Source of the DNA: Azolla caroliniana | Lineage: Eukaryota; Plantae; Polypodiophyta | Reading direction: 5' to 3' | Assembly (NCBI GenBank): GCA_043228905.1 | Contig: JBHGNT010000017.1 | Coordinates: forward strand, 10,850,001 to 10,914,000 | Length of the DNA stretch: 64,000 nucleotides | Shown here: positions 1 through 12,991 of the stretch, one piece after another | Numbering within the stretch: the stretch's first letter is position 1 | Layout of the letters: each line of letters begins with the position of its first letter | The notes under the pieces: generated by a model | What the model was told of the DNA's origin: nothing | The model's database searches: none | What the model saw: the letters and a program-made list of their open reading frames with translations, nothing else | Program-made: the position numbers and the translations under genes

Positions 1-11
1 TTGAAGATTGT

Positions 12-1272
12 TCAGCTCCTGTCGAAGTTGGAGCTTTTGTGCGGCCGTATTGGCCGCGAAGATCTTCTTGAGGTTTTCCCACGCCTGCTTCGGCATTTTA
101 GCCTCTCGAATGTAGCCAAGCATATGATCATGAACGCATGATGCAAGGCAATACAACACATGGCTTGCGGCCTGCTCCCAAGTGGGATAGTCAGCGTGTG
201 TTGGGTTGGGGTGTGATTCATGAGCTCCTTCGGTGTAGCTCCAATAGCCTTGTCCGACAAGATATTGATGCATCTTGTATTCCCAAGATGCAAAGTTCGT
301 TCAATCGAGCTTTGCCGGATCTCTCGATCGGTTTTGCCAGATCTTGATTTGTCCGAATCAACGCGCTTCTTCCAACACTCACTTTCCATGTGACCCTTTT
401 TGCCACAGTACCAGCATTCCATGTTGGCCTTTCCTTGCCGGTTCCTGGCGCCGCTTTGACTCCCCCTACTTGTGGAGGGTCCGGAACTACTGTCGGCACC
501 ACCTCTGTGCCTCCGGTCCTGCTCTTGCCGGCCGACCCACCTCGTCCACCATGTCATGGGGCCGATCTGTCTCCATGTACAACATCCGGTCGTCCTATTC
601 AGTGGTCCTTGACCCACTTGCATGGTTTTCTTCGACCATCAACATCAATTGCAAGTTGAAGAAAGACGATGGTTTCGCCTGGGTGCAGATCGTTGTCCAG
701 ATTGGCCCGTACCTTTGCGCTAGATCACCAAGGAAGATTTGTACCATCTCGTCTTCGTTCATTGTCACATTGATGGACCTGAGTGCGTCACAAATCTCCT
801 TTATCTTGGTGGTGTAGTCCATAACCGACCTGTCTCTTTGCCAGATGTTGTTCAGCTCTTGCCGGAGTTGCAACTTACGAGTTGTGGTACTCATGGCGAA
901 ATTCTTCCTCAGATTCCCCCAGGCCTCCTTCGGCGTTTTTACATCCTTTATGTAGCCGAGCATCTGGTCATGCACACAGGATGCGAGGCAGTACAATACT
1001 CGGTTCGCTCCTTGCTCCCAAACCTGGAAGTCATTGTGTGTCGGCTTCGGCGCTACCTCGTTCGTTCGTTTCACGAAGCTCCAATATCCATGTCCCAGCA
1101 GGTACTGGTGCATTTTATATGACCAGGACACGTAGTTTCTCCAGTCGAGCTTCTCTGTTGGAAGTGAACTCGCCATTTCTCTGTCCATATCTTCTCTTTT
1201 TCTGTTGTTACCGGGTATTAGGGGTTGTCTTCGAAAGCGTCTATCGGCTGCAGAGGTTCTAAACCCTTGCAC
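12..1272 (-). pseudogene. gag: Ty1/copia gag remnant (UBN2/Retrotran_gag_2 plus CCHC zinc knuckle), frameshifted
   Basis: ORF 595-1272 (EKLDWRNYVSWSYKM...KLQLRQELNNI...YTTKIKEICDALRSI) and ORF 12-623 with CWYCGKKGHMESECW. Confidence 0.9.
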
Positions 1273-1282
1273 TCTGATACCA
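1272..1282 (-). promoter_or_regulatory. Primer-binding site, tRNA-iMet
   Basis: Minus strand reads TGGTATCAGAG directly after the LTR-terminal CA. Confidence 0.9.
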
Positions 1283-1799
<517 letters not shown>

Positions 1800-3900
1800 C
1801 AATGCTTTCCAGGATTCGCAAACTTCTATCAAACGTTTATACAAGACTACTCAAAGCTTATTTTTCCGCTCACATAACTTACAAAGAAGGGTCAATCGTT
1901 TGTTTGGTCTAAGGACGCGGACACGGATTTTGAGGGTCTTAAGAAAGCATTTACATCGGCTCCTGTTTTAGCTCATGTGGATCTGCAAAAACCATTTATC
2001 ATGGAGTCAAACACGTCAGATTTCGTCCTAGATAGTATTTAATCACAACAAGGCGACGATGAGAAGCTACATCCCTTGGCGTTTCACTCATGCAAATTTG
2101 ACGCCGCCGAAATCATCCCTACATGACAAGGAGCTATTAGCAATCGTGGACTCTTTGCACAATGGAGACATTTTTTAGAAGGATCTCCTCATGTCATTGT
2201 ATTTAGTGATCACAAGAATCTTGCCTACTTTCAGAATGCTTGCGTGTTAAATGGACGACAAGCTCAGTGGGCCCAATTCCTCACTCATTTTGATTTTAAG
2301 ATTACATATCGTTCGGGCAAGCAATAGGGGAAGGCGGATGCATTATCACAATGCTCATATCTAGCTCCTCATCCTGGTGATCCAGCCTTCGACAATCAAA
2401 AGCAAGTAATTCTAGGACCGACACGACTTCACGCAATGTGGGTCTTTGACACTCCATTGGATTCCTGCATTAGCGACACCATACGTGAAGATTTGAAGAA
2501 TGATGTTTTCGCTCAAGCTATTCTAGATCAAATCGATTCTTCTTGGGCATCTTGTTCATGATCACAATAACTAGGTATAGATTACTCTTCTTTAAGAAAC
2601 TTTTGTATGTTCCCAATGGTTTGTGCCGCCTTCGAACAGCAAAAAAATTTCATAACACATATCAGCTAGACATTTTGGTAGTACTAAAACATTGGATTTA
2701 GTACAACGATCATTTTGGTGGCCCCGTATGCAAAGATTTGTTGAAGACTATGTTCAGACATGTGATATATGTTGTAGAGCGAACATGTCCAGACATCATC
2801 CATATGGTTTGTTGGAGCCATTACCAATCCCATGCAAACCATGACAATCTATTTATCTCGATTTTATCACAGATCTTCCGGATTCAAGGGGTTTCAATGC
2901 AATCCTAACATTGGAAGAATGATTTACTAAGATGGCACATTTCGTGCCCTATACTAAAGAAATTACTAGTGAAGAAACTGTTGGAATTGTTATGCGTGAA
3001 GTATTTCGGCATCATGGTCTTCCCAACAGTATCATCAGTGATCGTGGACCACAATTTGTCTCTAAATTTTGGAAGCATATGTTTAAAATGTTCAAGGTCA
3101 CCTACAACCTCTACTCTGGCTATCATCCCAAACAGATGGACATGTTGAACGTACCAATCAAACATTGGAACAGTATCTTCGGTGTTTCCTGAGCTATCAA
3201 CAGGATGATTGGGCGGATATTCTACATTTTGCCGAATTTGCTTATAATAATTCTACCCACTCCTCTACTAGGGTTTCACCATTCTACGCTTATATCGGTT
3301 ATCGTCGTCGTTGGTGTATGTTAGAAACTCCTGAGTTACCTACAAATCCTAGTGTAGAGGATCATTTGGAGCAATTACGACGAATTCAGGTAGAACTATC
3401 TACCCACCTACATCACACCCAACAAACACAGAAGGACTATGTGGATCGTCATCGGCTTCCATCCCCTTTTAATGTTGGAGATTGAGTATGCTATTATGAC
3501 GGCACATCAAGACTAGTCGACTGTGTGACAAACTGGATTATTAATAGCTAGGCCCTTTCCGTATTAACGGAAAAATTAATGATGTTACTTTTTGCCTTGA
3601 TCTCCTTCCGTAACTACGTATACATCCAGTATTTCATAGTTCTATCCGAGAACCCAATCAAGACAACGCTATCCCAGATCGTATTACACCACCTCCACCC
3701 CCGATCGAACTTGGAGATGGGCCTGAGTTCGAGGTTGCTGCCATCCTCAACTCCAAGATTGTTTACAACAAGCTCTATTATTTGATCGATTGGTTTAGAT
3801 ATAGTCCAAGCGAGCGTACTTGGGAACCAATGACGAATTTGGGGAATGCTCGAGCTCTTCTTGAAGACTTCCATTATCAATATCCGAACAAACCAGGTCC
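1800..3900 (+). pseudogene. pol: Chromovirus (Tcn1-like gypsy) pol remnant: RT end, RNase H, integrase, chromodomain
   Basis: TKMAHFVP..VFRHHGLPNSIISDRGPQFVSKFW; EQYLRCF..QQDDW..AEFAYNNS; GPEFEVAAIL..TWEP; many stops and frameshifts. Confidence 0.9.
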
Positions 3901-3947
3901 TCAGTCAAAGACGACTCATAACACTCGTTGTTTAAAGGGGTGGATAG

Positions 3948-4373
3948 TGTCGTGATATAGCATGGTATGGCATTAAAAGGATTTGAACCCATGACCTTGT
4001 GTCACATGGGTTGAAGCTCTACCATTAAGATATACATTGTAATACAAAAAATATTGTTTTCATTTATTATTTCACTATACAAAATTAATGTATATTCCAG
4101 ATTTCTCTGGAACATTCTAGAAACTTCAGGAGTACTCCTGACAACACTATAAAAAGAGGCACAAGTCATTATTTCGAATCAATTCGGTTCAACGCCAGTC
4201 TTAAGCCTCCTAGCTATTCTTGTACTTACTCTGCATATAATATATCACCTATTATCATCATTCTCTCTCTCTCTTGTGAGTCTTACACACTCCCTTCCTC
4301 TTAGTACTAATCCTCATAGTACTTTCCTTCTCTAGTACTAATTCTCTCTTTGTTTTTAGTACAATTCCTGACA
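3948..4373 (+). mobile_element. 3' LTR of chromovirus
   Basis: Follows PPT AAAGGGGTGGATAG (3934-3947); TGTCGTGA...CTGACA ends; TATAAAA at ~4148. Confidence 0.85.
3975..4033 (-). promoter_or_regulatory. tRNA-like Pol III A/B-box cassette within LTR
   Basis: Minus strand: TATCTTAATGGTAGAGC...GGTCATGGGTTCAAATCC followed by TTTT. Confidence 0.7.
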
Positions 4374-7300
4374 ACTGGCTAGTGTTCTCGTCCTTATTAC
4401 TCATATATCGGCTTACAGCCTCCACAACAAATGCTATGTCTGGTCTCATGTAGACCATAATGTACATCAAACTACCGACAACAGAGGCATATGGTACTTT
4501 CCTCATCTCAGCCTTTTCTTTCTCCCTTCTCGGGCATTGCTTGGCATTCAACTTGCAATTTGTCGGCAACACAGAGTCGACTGGCTTCGCCTCTGACATG
4601 TTTAATCTTTCAAGGATCTTCGTCAGGTATTTCGCTTGTGACAACCACAACACTTTCTTAGTTCTATCTCAAACTATGTGCATCCCCAAGATCTGTTTAG
4701 CCGGTCCAAGATCTTTCATGGCAAACAATTTTCCTAGAGCTTTCTTCAAGTTTCCAATCTTCCTTGTATCTTGACCGACTATCAACATGTCATCTACATA
4801 TAATAAGAGAATCAAGAAGTCACCTTCATCGTACCTTTTGAGGAACACACAGTGATCCGCCTGTGTTTTGTGGAACCCTTTTTCCACCACGAAGGACTCG
4901 AACTTCTTGTACCATTGGCATGGAGCTTGTTTCAACCCATACAAGCTTTTCTTGAGTCGACACACTAGGTTCTCTTTCCCTTTCTCCACAAAGCCTTCGG
5001 CCTGCTGCATGTAGATCTCTTCATTCAGTTCCCCATGCAAGAATGTTGTCTTGACATCCAACTGTTCGATCTCTAGGTCCATGTTGGCAGCTATGCTCAG
5101 AACAATATGGATGGATGTCATCTTCACAACTGGTGTGAATATGTCGTCGAAGTCGACACCCTTTTTATGTTAGAACCCCTTCACCACTATGTGAGCTTAT
5201 ACCTAGGCGCGTTGTCGACTTCTCCAGTCTTCACCTTATAGACCCACTTGTTCCTAAGTTCTCTCGTACCTTTTCATAATTCTACCAGGTCGTAGGTGTA
5301 GTTCTCGTGCAAGGAATTCATCTCATCTTGCGTCGCACTCAACCATTTCCCTCTGAGCTCATCGGCAATGGCTTCATCATAGCACTTTGGTTCACCTTCA
5401 TTAGTCAAGAGGATGTATTGACTGGCATATGTCGTCCGTGCTCTCCTTTCTTTGAATGGGTATCTCCTTCCATTCGTTGTCGGCTCCAATTCGGATGTCT
5501 TTGCTAACTCTACTCTGGGCTCGGGTTCATATGTGTTGATCGGTCGTTGAGGATTTGCTGATTCTGACTCATAGTCTTCGATCGACTTCCATAGGTCCGC
5601 CGACACCGACACATCTGTATTTGTCGGTTCCTCCGAATCCACCCACTCGGATTCAGCTGTGCCAACTAGCTGTCTCCAAACAACCGATTGTGTTGGTTCA
5701 CTTGGCCATAAGTCGATGGCCGTGGGAGTCGATTCCGACTTCTGTTGCTTCCAATCCTCATTCTTCTTGTCTTCCAAGAAGACTACATCTTGACTTCTCA
5801 TTACCTTCTTGTCGAGTAGGTCCCATAGCCTATAGCCGAACTCATCTTATGAGTATCCCATGAATATGAATGGTTTCGACTTATTGTCAAGCTTCGACCT
5901 CTGATCTTTAGCCACATACATATATGCCAGACATCCGAACACCCTTAGGTGTTGGTAAGAGACATCCTTTCCTGTCCACACCCTTTGTGGGACATCACCT
6001 TTCAATGGCACTAAGGGAGACCTATTGATCAGACAAACAATTGTATACATCGCCTTAGCCCAATATATCTTTGGCAGTTTAGCATGCCACATCATGCTCC
6101 TTACTCGTTCCATGACCATCTTCATCCTCTTTGCAAGCCCATTCAACTCAAGGGTCTTTGGCACTGTGTATTTGATTCGAATACCTTGGGCCTTGCAGTA
6201 TTCCTCAAACGGCCCTTTATATTTGCCACCATTGTCAATTCGGACAGCCTTAAGCTTCCGAACCGACTCTTGCTCAGTTCTTTCCTAGAACTCCATGAAC
6301 ATTGACAATACTTGATCCTTCATCTTCTATACGAAGACCCATGTTTTTCGACTATAGTCATCAATAAACGTTACAAAGTTCTCATCTTCTTGGTGGTCTT
6401 GTCTGGAAGGATGCTCTGTTCTGCTTACCGACTATGCAGTCGACGCACTTCTCTAGATGCACTTGCTTGACTTCTGGTAGAAGCTTTTGGTCAACCAACA
6501 GATGCATTCCCTTCTCACTCATGTGGCCTAGCCTCTTATGCCATAAATCTCCGCTTGAGTCGGTTGCCACATTCACTTCCGACTTGAACAGTTGGGCATG
6601 CATCATATACAGTATGCCCTCTTTCTGTGCTCGTGCCACTCTGAGGTTTCCACGGTCGAACTTCCACTTGCTGTTTCGTTGTCCAATCTTCCAATCGATA
6701 TCTGATTCAATATGATATTAGGGACAGGTCGAACTTCCCTCAGTATCAGTAAACAACTAGTCGACGTCATCAGGCACACGCTTCCATTGTCGGCCATCTT
6801 GCACTCTCCATGATCTCCGATTTTTACATAGCCCTGATCCCCAACTATGTAAGTCGAGAAATACTCTCTCGATGGAGTTATATGGAAAGATGCACCAAAG
6901 TCAATCACCCAAGTGCGTTCTTCACTCGCTAGGTTTCCACTTGTCTATTCACAGATGAACAAAGTTCTTAATTGCTCATAGCAATGGCCAAAGTTCTTTT
7001 TTCGTTAGGAATCTTCCAGGGTTCGACATTATTACTAACACTCTTGTCCTTCTTAAGAAGTCGGCATTCCTTCTAGAAATGTCCAGGATTTCCACAATAA
7101 AAGAATGTTAGCTTACCTGTAGACTTCGACCTGGCTTGAGACTTTTCTCTCCTTGGTGAACTTCTTTGCCAGTTTCTTCCTCTGCCGGTGTGTTGAGTCA
7201 AGTTTGACTCCAACTGAACCAGGACACCCTTGTCATTCCTTCTGGTCTCCTCGTTCAAGATACTTGTCTTTACTACTTGTAGAGACAAGTTCTCGTCTTG

Positions 7301-7687
7301 ACACAAGGTGTTGAGCGTCACCACTAGATTCTCCCAACTGTTTGGCAAAGTACACAACGACAAGATGGCCTACATTGCATCCTCAAGGGGAAACTTGGCT
7401 GTAGCAAGTTGATTTATGTACCCCATGAATGTGTTGATATGCTCGGCGATCCTCTCACCGTCTCTATATTTCAACCATATGATCTTTCTGATCAGTGAGG
7501 TTTTATTGAGGACCTGATAGCTTTTGCCACATCTCCTCGGCATTTGTGTCATTCACTACATGTTGAAGGACATCTACATCGACGCACTGTCGGATGGTGC
7601 CACCACCTTTTTGTTAAGAAGTTTCCATTCCGACTCTAATACCCCCGTGGGTACTTCTGTTCTGTCAAACCGGCTCGTACAGGTCTT
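4374..7687 (-). pseudogene. gag-pol: Truncated Ty1/copia internal region (gag, PR, GAG-pre-integrase, IN, RT)
   Basis: RT QLDVKTTFLHG, LKKSLYGLKQAP, LLYVDDMLI; IN NGLAKRM; LWHKRLGHMSEKG; PR WVIDFGASFH; gag LPNSWENLV and CGNPGHF. Confidence 0.92.
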
Positions 7688-7959
7688 TGACTATGAGAAG
7701 TTTCGCGCGCGTGTGTTACTTGGGCGAGAGCATGGGGTCCTTGGACTAGGGAGCACGAAGGGATAGAGAATACCCGAGGTTTGCTTTACAACAATACTAC
7801 TTCCCGACCCCTTCCCGAGCAAGGGTTCATTGCCCCTTTTGTGGGGTTGATGGCTTTTGTTGATCACGACTCGTCGAGTTTTCCAGATCACCACATGAGC
7901 CAAGTGATCTAATGGGTACAAGCAAAGATGAGCACGCAAGATGAATGCACAAGGGGACG

Positions 7960-8420
7960 ATAACACAAACACGAATGCACGTACGTCTTTATGAGGAGGA
8001 GAGGTGCATGGGCTCGCCTGAACACTCCCTTTTCACAAGACGGCTGAACATACAACGAAGACGCAAAACACACGCACAAATGCTCGTACGTCTTTATGAG
8101 GAGGAGAGGTGCATGGGCAAGCCTGAATGATCCCTCGTCACAAGACAACCCAACGTACAAGGAAGACACACACGCGCACAAATGCTCGTACGTCACAAGA
8201 CGACCAAACGTACAAGGAAGACACAAAATTGGTTGTACGCCTTTATGAGGAGGAGAGGTGCATGGGCATGCCCGAAACGCTCCCTCATCAAAAGGCGGCC
8301 GAACGTAGAAGGAAGACACAAACACACGCACAAATGTTCATATGCCTTTATGAGGAGGAGAGGTGCATGGGAACACTTTAAACGTTGCCTCGTTAGAAGA
8401 CGGCGGAACATACAAGGGGA
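7960..8420. repeat. About 4 imperfect tandem units (~105-150 bp) with core CTTTATGAGGAGGAGAGGTGCATGGG
   Basis: Core at ~7987, ~8092, ~8241, ~8347. Confidence 0.9.
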
Positions 8421-9035
8421 CAAGAAGAAAAAAAGAAAAAAAGAAAAAAAACACAAACGATATTGGCTAAAGAAATCAATATGTGTTCGATTCCAACACA
8501 AGAGGGCCCTTTCTAAAATAAGGTTTGATTACAATGTGGCAACTTCTAGTTAACCACAAGCTCAACAAAACATAAATACTAAATTCTCTTAGAAACAAAA
8601 GCAAATTCGAACACGGAGCACGAACATAACGAAGAAGAACACACGAGCACCACAAAAATGCCGACCCCTATGAACCATGACCACCCGAACGACAAGCACA
8701 CAGGCTTGCAACGACAAACGGGGGTGAAGGAATGTTGAACCAACGAAGCTCAAGCTCATGAGCACCGTAAACGAGCACTTTGAGTGCCAACGCGAAGAAG
8801 ACGAGCACGTGGGGATGAGGGGATGAAGGGATGAAGGGGTATGAGATGAAGAGAAATGGTGAAGAAGAAGATGAAGAGCTCCGAAGGAAAAATGGCGATA
8901 GTCTCCTCTTCCTAAAACGTCCTCCCAAATGAGCCCCACTCGACCTCCTTTTATAGGAAAAAATGAAGGGGGGGTCGCCAATTTTGTCTTCAATGCAAAA
9001 GAAATAAATTTCCTTATATCATGCTGCATTTTAAG

Positions 9036-9097
9036 ACCGGATTTGAACTATGCACCTCTAAGCTAAAAGTCAATGTGACTATCTACTAGTCCATTAA
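9036..9097 (-). promoter_or_regulatory. Degenerate tRNA-like A/B-box cassette within LTR
   Basis: Minus strand: TGGACTAGTAGATAG..ATTGACTTTTAGCTTAGAGGTGCATAGTTCAAATCC; similar to the cassettes at 10108 and 15097. Confidence 0.55.
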
Positions 9098-9352
9098 CTC
9101 TCTCTTACATAATATATAATTCTATATCTACAAATTCATAGCCTGTCTCCTCTCTACTTTTGATCTCTCCTCTCTATTACTTTTTACACGAGCTTCGATA
9201 CCTTCTTTCCGCCCTTTCTTTTCCCTTTTCTTTTGCATGTGCACAATTAATTGCCTTTGTGTGCACACACATTGCACATGCACATTTTGACCCCCCCTTT
9301 CACCGGTTTTTCCCACACTTGAGCACGCCACATCACGACATCCACCCCCACC

Positions 9353-9884
9353 AAACCGCACATGCTCCGACATGTGCCAAGAATGGTGGGTTGAGGATGG
9401 TCAATAGTTCATTTTCTCCTCCTCATTGACCCCGTCGTGGCTTGTTGTTTGCTCGCCTTTATCTTCGTCAAGGTCATCGAGGTTTGGCTCCATGTCTTGT
9501 CGCTTTTGAAGATTTTGACCCGCTTCCCTACTATTGATACTACTAGCTTAGTCCCATCGAATTCAGCGAGGTAGTAGGTGGCATTATCGTTTGCACTCGT
9601 TACCACGTACGGCCCGAACCATCGCTTTACGAATTTCCGCATCGAGCTATGTTGATTGTCGAGACTGCTATCATACGTAATCACCCAGTTTCCTTCTTCG
9701 ATCTTTCGAGGGTGTAGTCGGTCGGTGTCTTGTTGAACTGTGCTTTGTTACTTATCCTAGCCGCTTCTAACCTCTCCTTTGCCAACTCCAAGTCTTCGAG
9801 TCTTCTCTCAAGTTGCCGTATCCTTGTTGCTAGAAGGTCTTCTTGACTCATCTCGTTTTCCCACTGCATCGCTACCCATGACGC
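9353..9884 (-). pseudogene. C-terminal part of gypsy integrase (host of the 9885-15832 insertion)
   Basis: WENEMSQEDLLATRIRQLE; KFVKRWFGPYVV (GPY/F motif). Confidence 0.88.
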
Positions 9885-10107
9885 TGTTGTGAAAATCTGT
9901 CACTATGTGCAAATCGTGAGGCGGAACCGCCGGGGTTCTAGACTGGAAGGATTTGAATTTTGTACTAACTTTAGCAACAAAGTATTTAAGATAGATTGAT
10001 ATAGAGAAAGAGAGAGATTGAGACCAAGATTAAAGGCTTAACTTTAGATTTGAGAGACAAGATACATCAACAATAGGATAACAAGTAAAACATTTGAAGA
10101 TATGACT

Positions 10108-10165
10108 TGGCTTATTGGTAAGCCTATTGACTTTCAATTTGGAGGTGCAAGGTTCAAATTCTTAC
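10108..10165 (+). promoter_or_regulatory. tRNA-like Pol III A/B-box cassette in 3' LTR
   Basis: TGGCTTATTGG (10108) and GGTTCAAATTC (10151), 43 nt apart; T-runs at ~10186-10197. Confidence 0.7.
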
Positions 10166-10961
10166 TTGCACCCCTTTGTATACAAATTTTCTTTTTACTA
10201 GGCTTTTTAGTCTTGTTTTTACAGATGTTTAAGTGCATATTACATCTTCACTTAACCTCCAAAGAACTAGACGATTTTGTTCGTTTCACACAAGACATTG
10301 TGCGTCGCGATAAATCTACATGTTCGGTCCATCTGATTCGGTCCCATCTGTTCGATCCGGCCCGGTTCGCATGCCATCCGGTTCCGTCGCTGTCCGTCCG
10401 CCGGTCCGGGTCCGTCCGGATTCGTCCAAAACCAATGAGCTTGGCTACATCCATTCGTCAAGTAATACAACTCCATCTGATTCGGTCCCATCTGTTCGAT
10501 CCGGCCCGGTTCGCATGCCATCCGGTTCCGTCGCTGTCCGTTATGCTCCAAACACATAGACATATTATGAAGTGATATCGGTCTGTTTATATACGTTGGG
10601 ATCCTTATTTGTCCTGTCTATGTGGGATATCTCATAGTTTTGTTTTTATCTTCTTCTTCGCAATCTTAATACCCACATAACTTAACACTTAGTTGTCCGT
10701 TTCTTATGTAATCAAGTGCATTCGAAAGCTCTTGAAGACCTCCATCTTTTCGTACCAAGATATTACAATTATTTAGAATAGTATCTTCACTATTATTCTT
10801 TTATATCTTGTGAGAAGAATCACACTCGATTTTGTATGTTCCTCACAATTTACACACTATCACTGAAAATCTTCATGACATCCACCCCCACCAAACCGCA
10901 CGTCCTCCGGTATGTGCCAAGAGGAGAGAGTGTGAGATTTCGGCTACGGTGATCGATCAGA

Positions 10962-12720
10962 TTACTCCATGTCCTCATTCACATAACTCAAGTCTGTAGG
11001 TTCAGTCCTATTATCTTCATCGTCAAGGTGGTCGAGGTCAGGATCCTTGTCTTCTCTTTTCTTGAAAATCTTTACTCTTTTTCCCGCAATGGGCACGACC
11101 AACCTTGAACCATCTAGCTCCGCAAGGTGGTATGTGGCATTACCGTTGGCACTTGTCACCACATACGGTCTGAACCATCTTCTTGCGAACTTCCTTGTTG
11201 TCCAGTGTTGATTGTCAAGGGCTGCTATCGTAGACCAATACCCAATCTCCTTCTTCGATCTTCTTGGGACGCAGTCGATGCGTCTTGTCGAACCGAATTT
11301 TGTTCTTCACTCGGGCTGCCTTCATCATCTTTTGCACTTTTTCTAGCTTTTCAGGTCTCCTTTCAAGTTGCCTTATCTGTGCCGCTAATAATTCTTCTTG
11401 GCTCATCTCGTTCTCCCATGGTATCACTACCCATGAGGCGATCGTTCTTTCGATGGGCATTACCGACTTCTTTCCATACATAAGCTCTGTTGGCATATAC
11501 CCAGTCATTGAACAGTGTGTAGTTCCGTTGGCCCATAAGGCATAGGGCAATAGTCATGGCCAGTTCCCGACTCGATCGTTGCATGCTCGTACGATGGCTT
11601 TGACGATCGGTCCATGCCCTCGCTCGATCTTCCCATTCGCTTCTAGATTGTAGGCAGTTGTGAGGGAGAGCTTCACGCCTAGTCGATCAAAGAGCTCTGT
11701 TGCTTCGTGTGCATCCAAATCCCCTCGATCAGCCACTATCTTTCCCACACATCCGTATCGGCAAACAACCTCTTCGAGTAGAAATTTGCAATTAGCTGAC
11801 GTTGTCTTATTTGTCAAGGCCCGTCCTTCCACTTGATTTGTCAGGTCTTCTCTTGCTAGTACTAAACACTTCATTTGTCCCACTCCCATTCGCATCGAGA
11901 CTAGATCCACCATCCATTTGAAGTGTATGGTGAGCGGGTATGTCGGCCGTAACTCATCACGATGACGTATGTTTGAATGTACTTGGCAAGTTTTGCATGT
12001 GGACACGAAATGGAGTACATTTTTGTACATGCTTGGCCACCAGTACTTATCCTTCAACTTTTCGAACGTCACCCATGTTCCTCTATGACCCGCCCAAGGA
12101 CTCTCATGGAATTCGGTCATCAGTGTCACTTGCTCTTCTTTCTTCACCACCACTCGACGTGGCATTCCTGTCCTTCTTTTTGGGTGTCGCCAGAGGAATC
12201 CTCCCTTTAGGAAATATTGGTAAGCTTTCTTCTGGATTTGTAGAGCCTCCTCTTTCGTCAACAAAACATCCACCATCATTGTTCTTAAGAATCTGCCGAT
12301 CAGTAACCACACTCCTTCGTACTTGTCCTCGTTGAAGGTGTGGAGGGTTAGCGTGTCCTTGTCTTCTACCGATAGTCCTCGTTGAAGAAGTCGAGGGTGA
12401 CATCTTCATCTTCCAAAACCATGCCACTTTCATTCTCAAATCTTGCCCTCGACAACATATCTAGGTCCGGTGTCGCACATCCTGAGATCATCCTGAGGAT
12501 TGGGAGACAATCTGTCTCATTTATCATTTCTGACATGATCAAGTAGTCTTTGTCCATCTTTATTGTAGACACAATACCCCAAAGTTCCCGCTTGACTTGG
12601 GCATATCTTTGTTGTCGCTCGTTGAGAACCTTTGCTCCGAACCGGATGGCATACCGTGCATTATCTTCTCCTTCTTGGTTGATGACCCACCCGATTCTAG
12701 TTGGGCTTGTATCTACAATA
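10962..12720 (-). pseudogene. pol: Gypsy RNase H remnant and integrase
   Basis: FHESPWAGHRG..CKTCQ (HHCC zinc finger); KWMVDLV; IVADRG; EANGKIERGH; ETDCLPIL. Confidence 0.9.
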
Positions 12721-12991
12721 AAAAAAACGGCTTCCCTTCGGTATAGTCGGCCTTCCTTAGTGTTGGGGCTTCAAGAAGTAGTTTCTTCAATCCTCGCATC
12801 GTGTTTGTATGCTCGTCTTGCCATTCGAACTTCATTCTTTTCTTTAGCAATCCATATAATGGCTTGACGACATGAGCGTAGTGCGGAATCTAGATATGAT
12901 AAAAGGCGCATGCTCCAAGGAACCTTCGAACCTCCGATTGGGTTACGCATTCTTCTTTCATGTCCTAGATCGCGTTCACCTTGGATCGCGT

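Larger units (their letters stand above)
7688..9340 (-). mobile_element. Long 3' LTR of non-chromoviral gypsy; left boundary approximate
   Basis: Ends CACGACA at 9340 next to PPT TCCACCCCCACC (9341-9352); left end interrupts copia gag. Confidence 0.7.

Noticed and set aside
10102-10575. 157-aa ORF with a homolog at 15091-15522
   Set aside because: Lies in sister LTRs overlapping the tRNA-like cassette; no domain recognised and the frames diverge after indels
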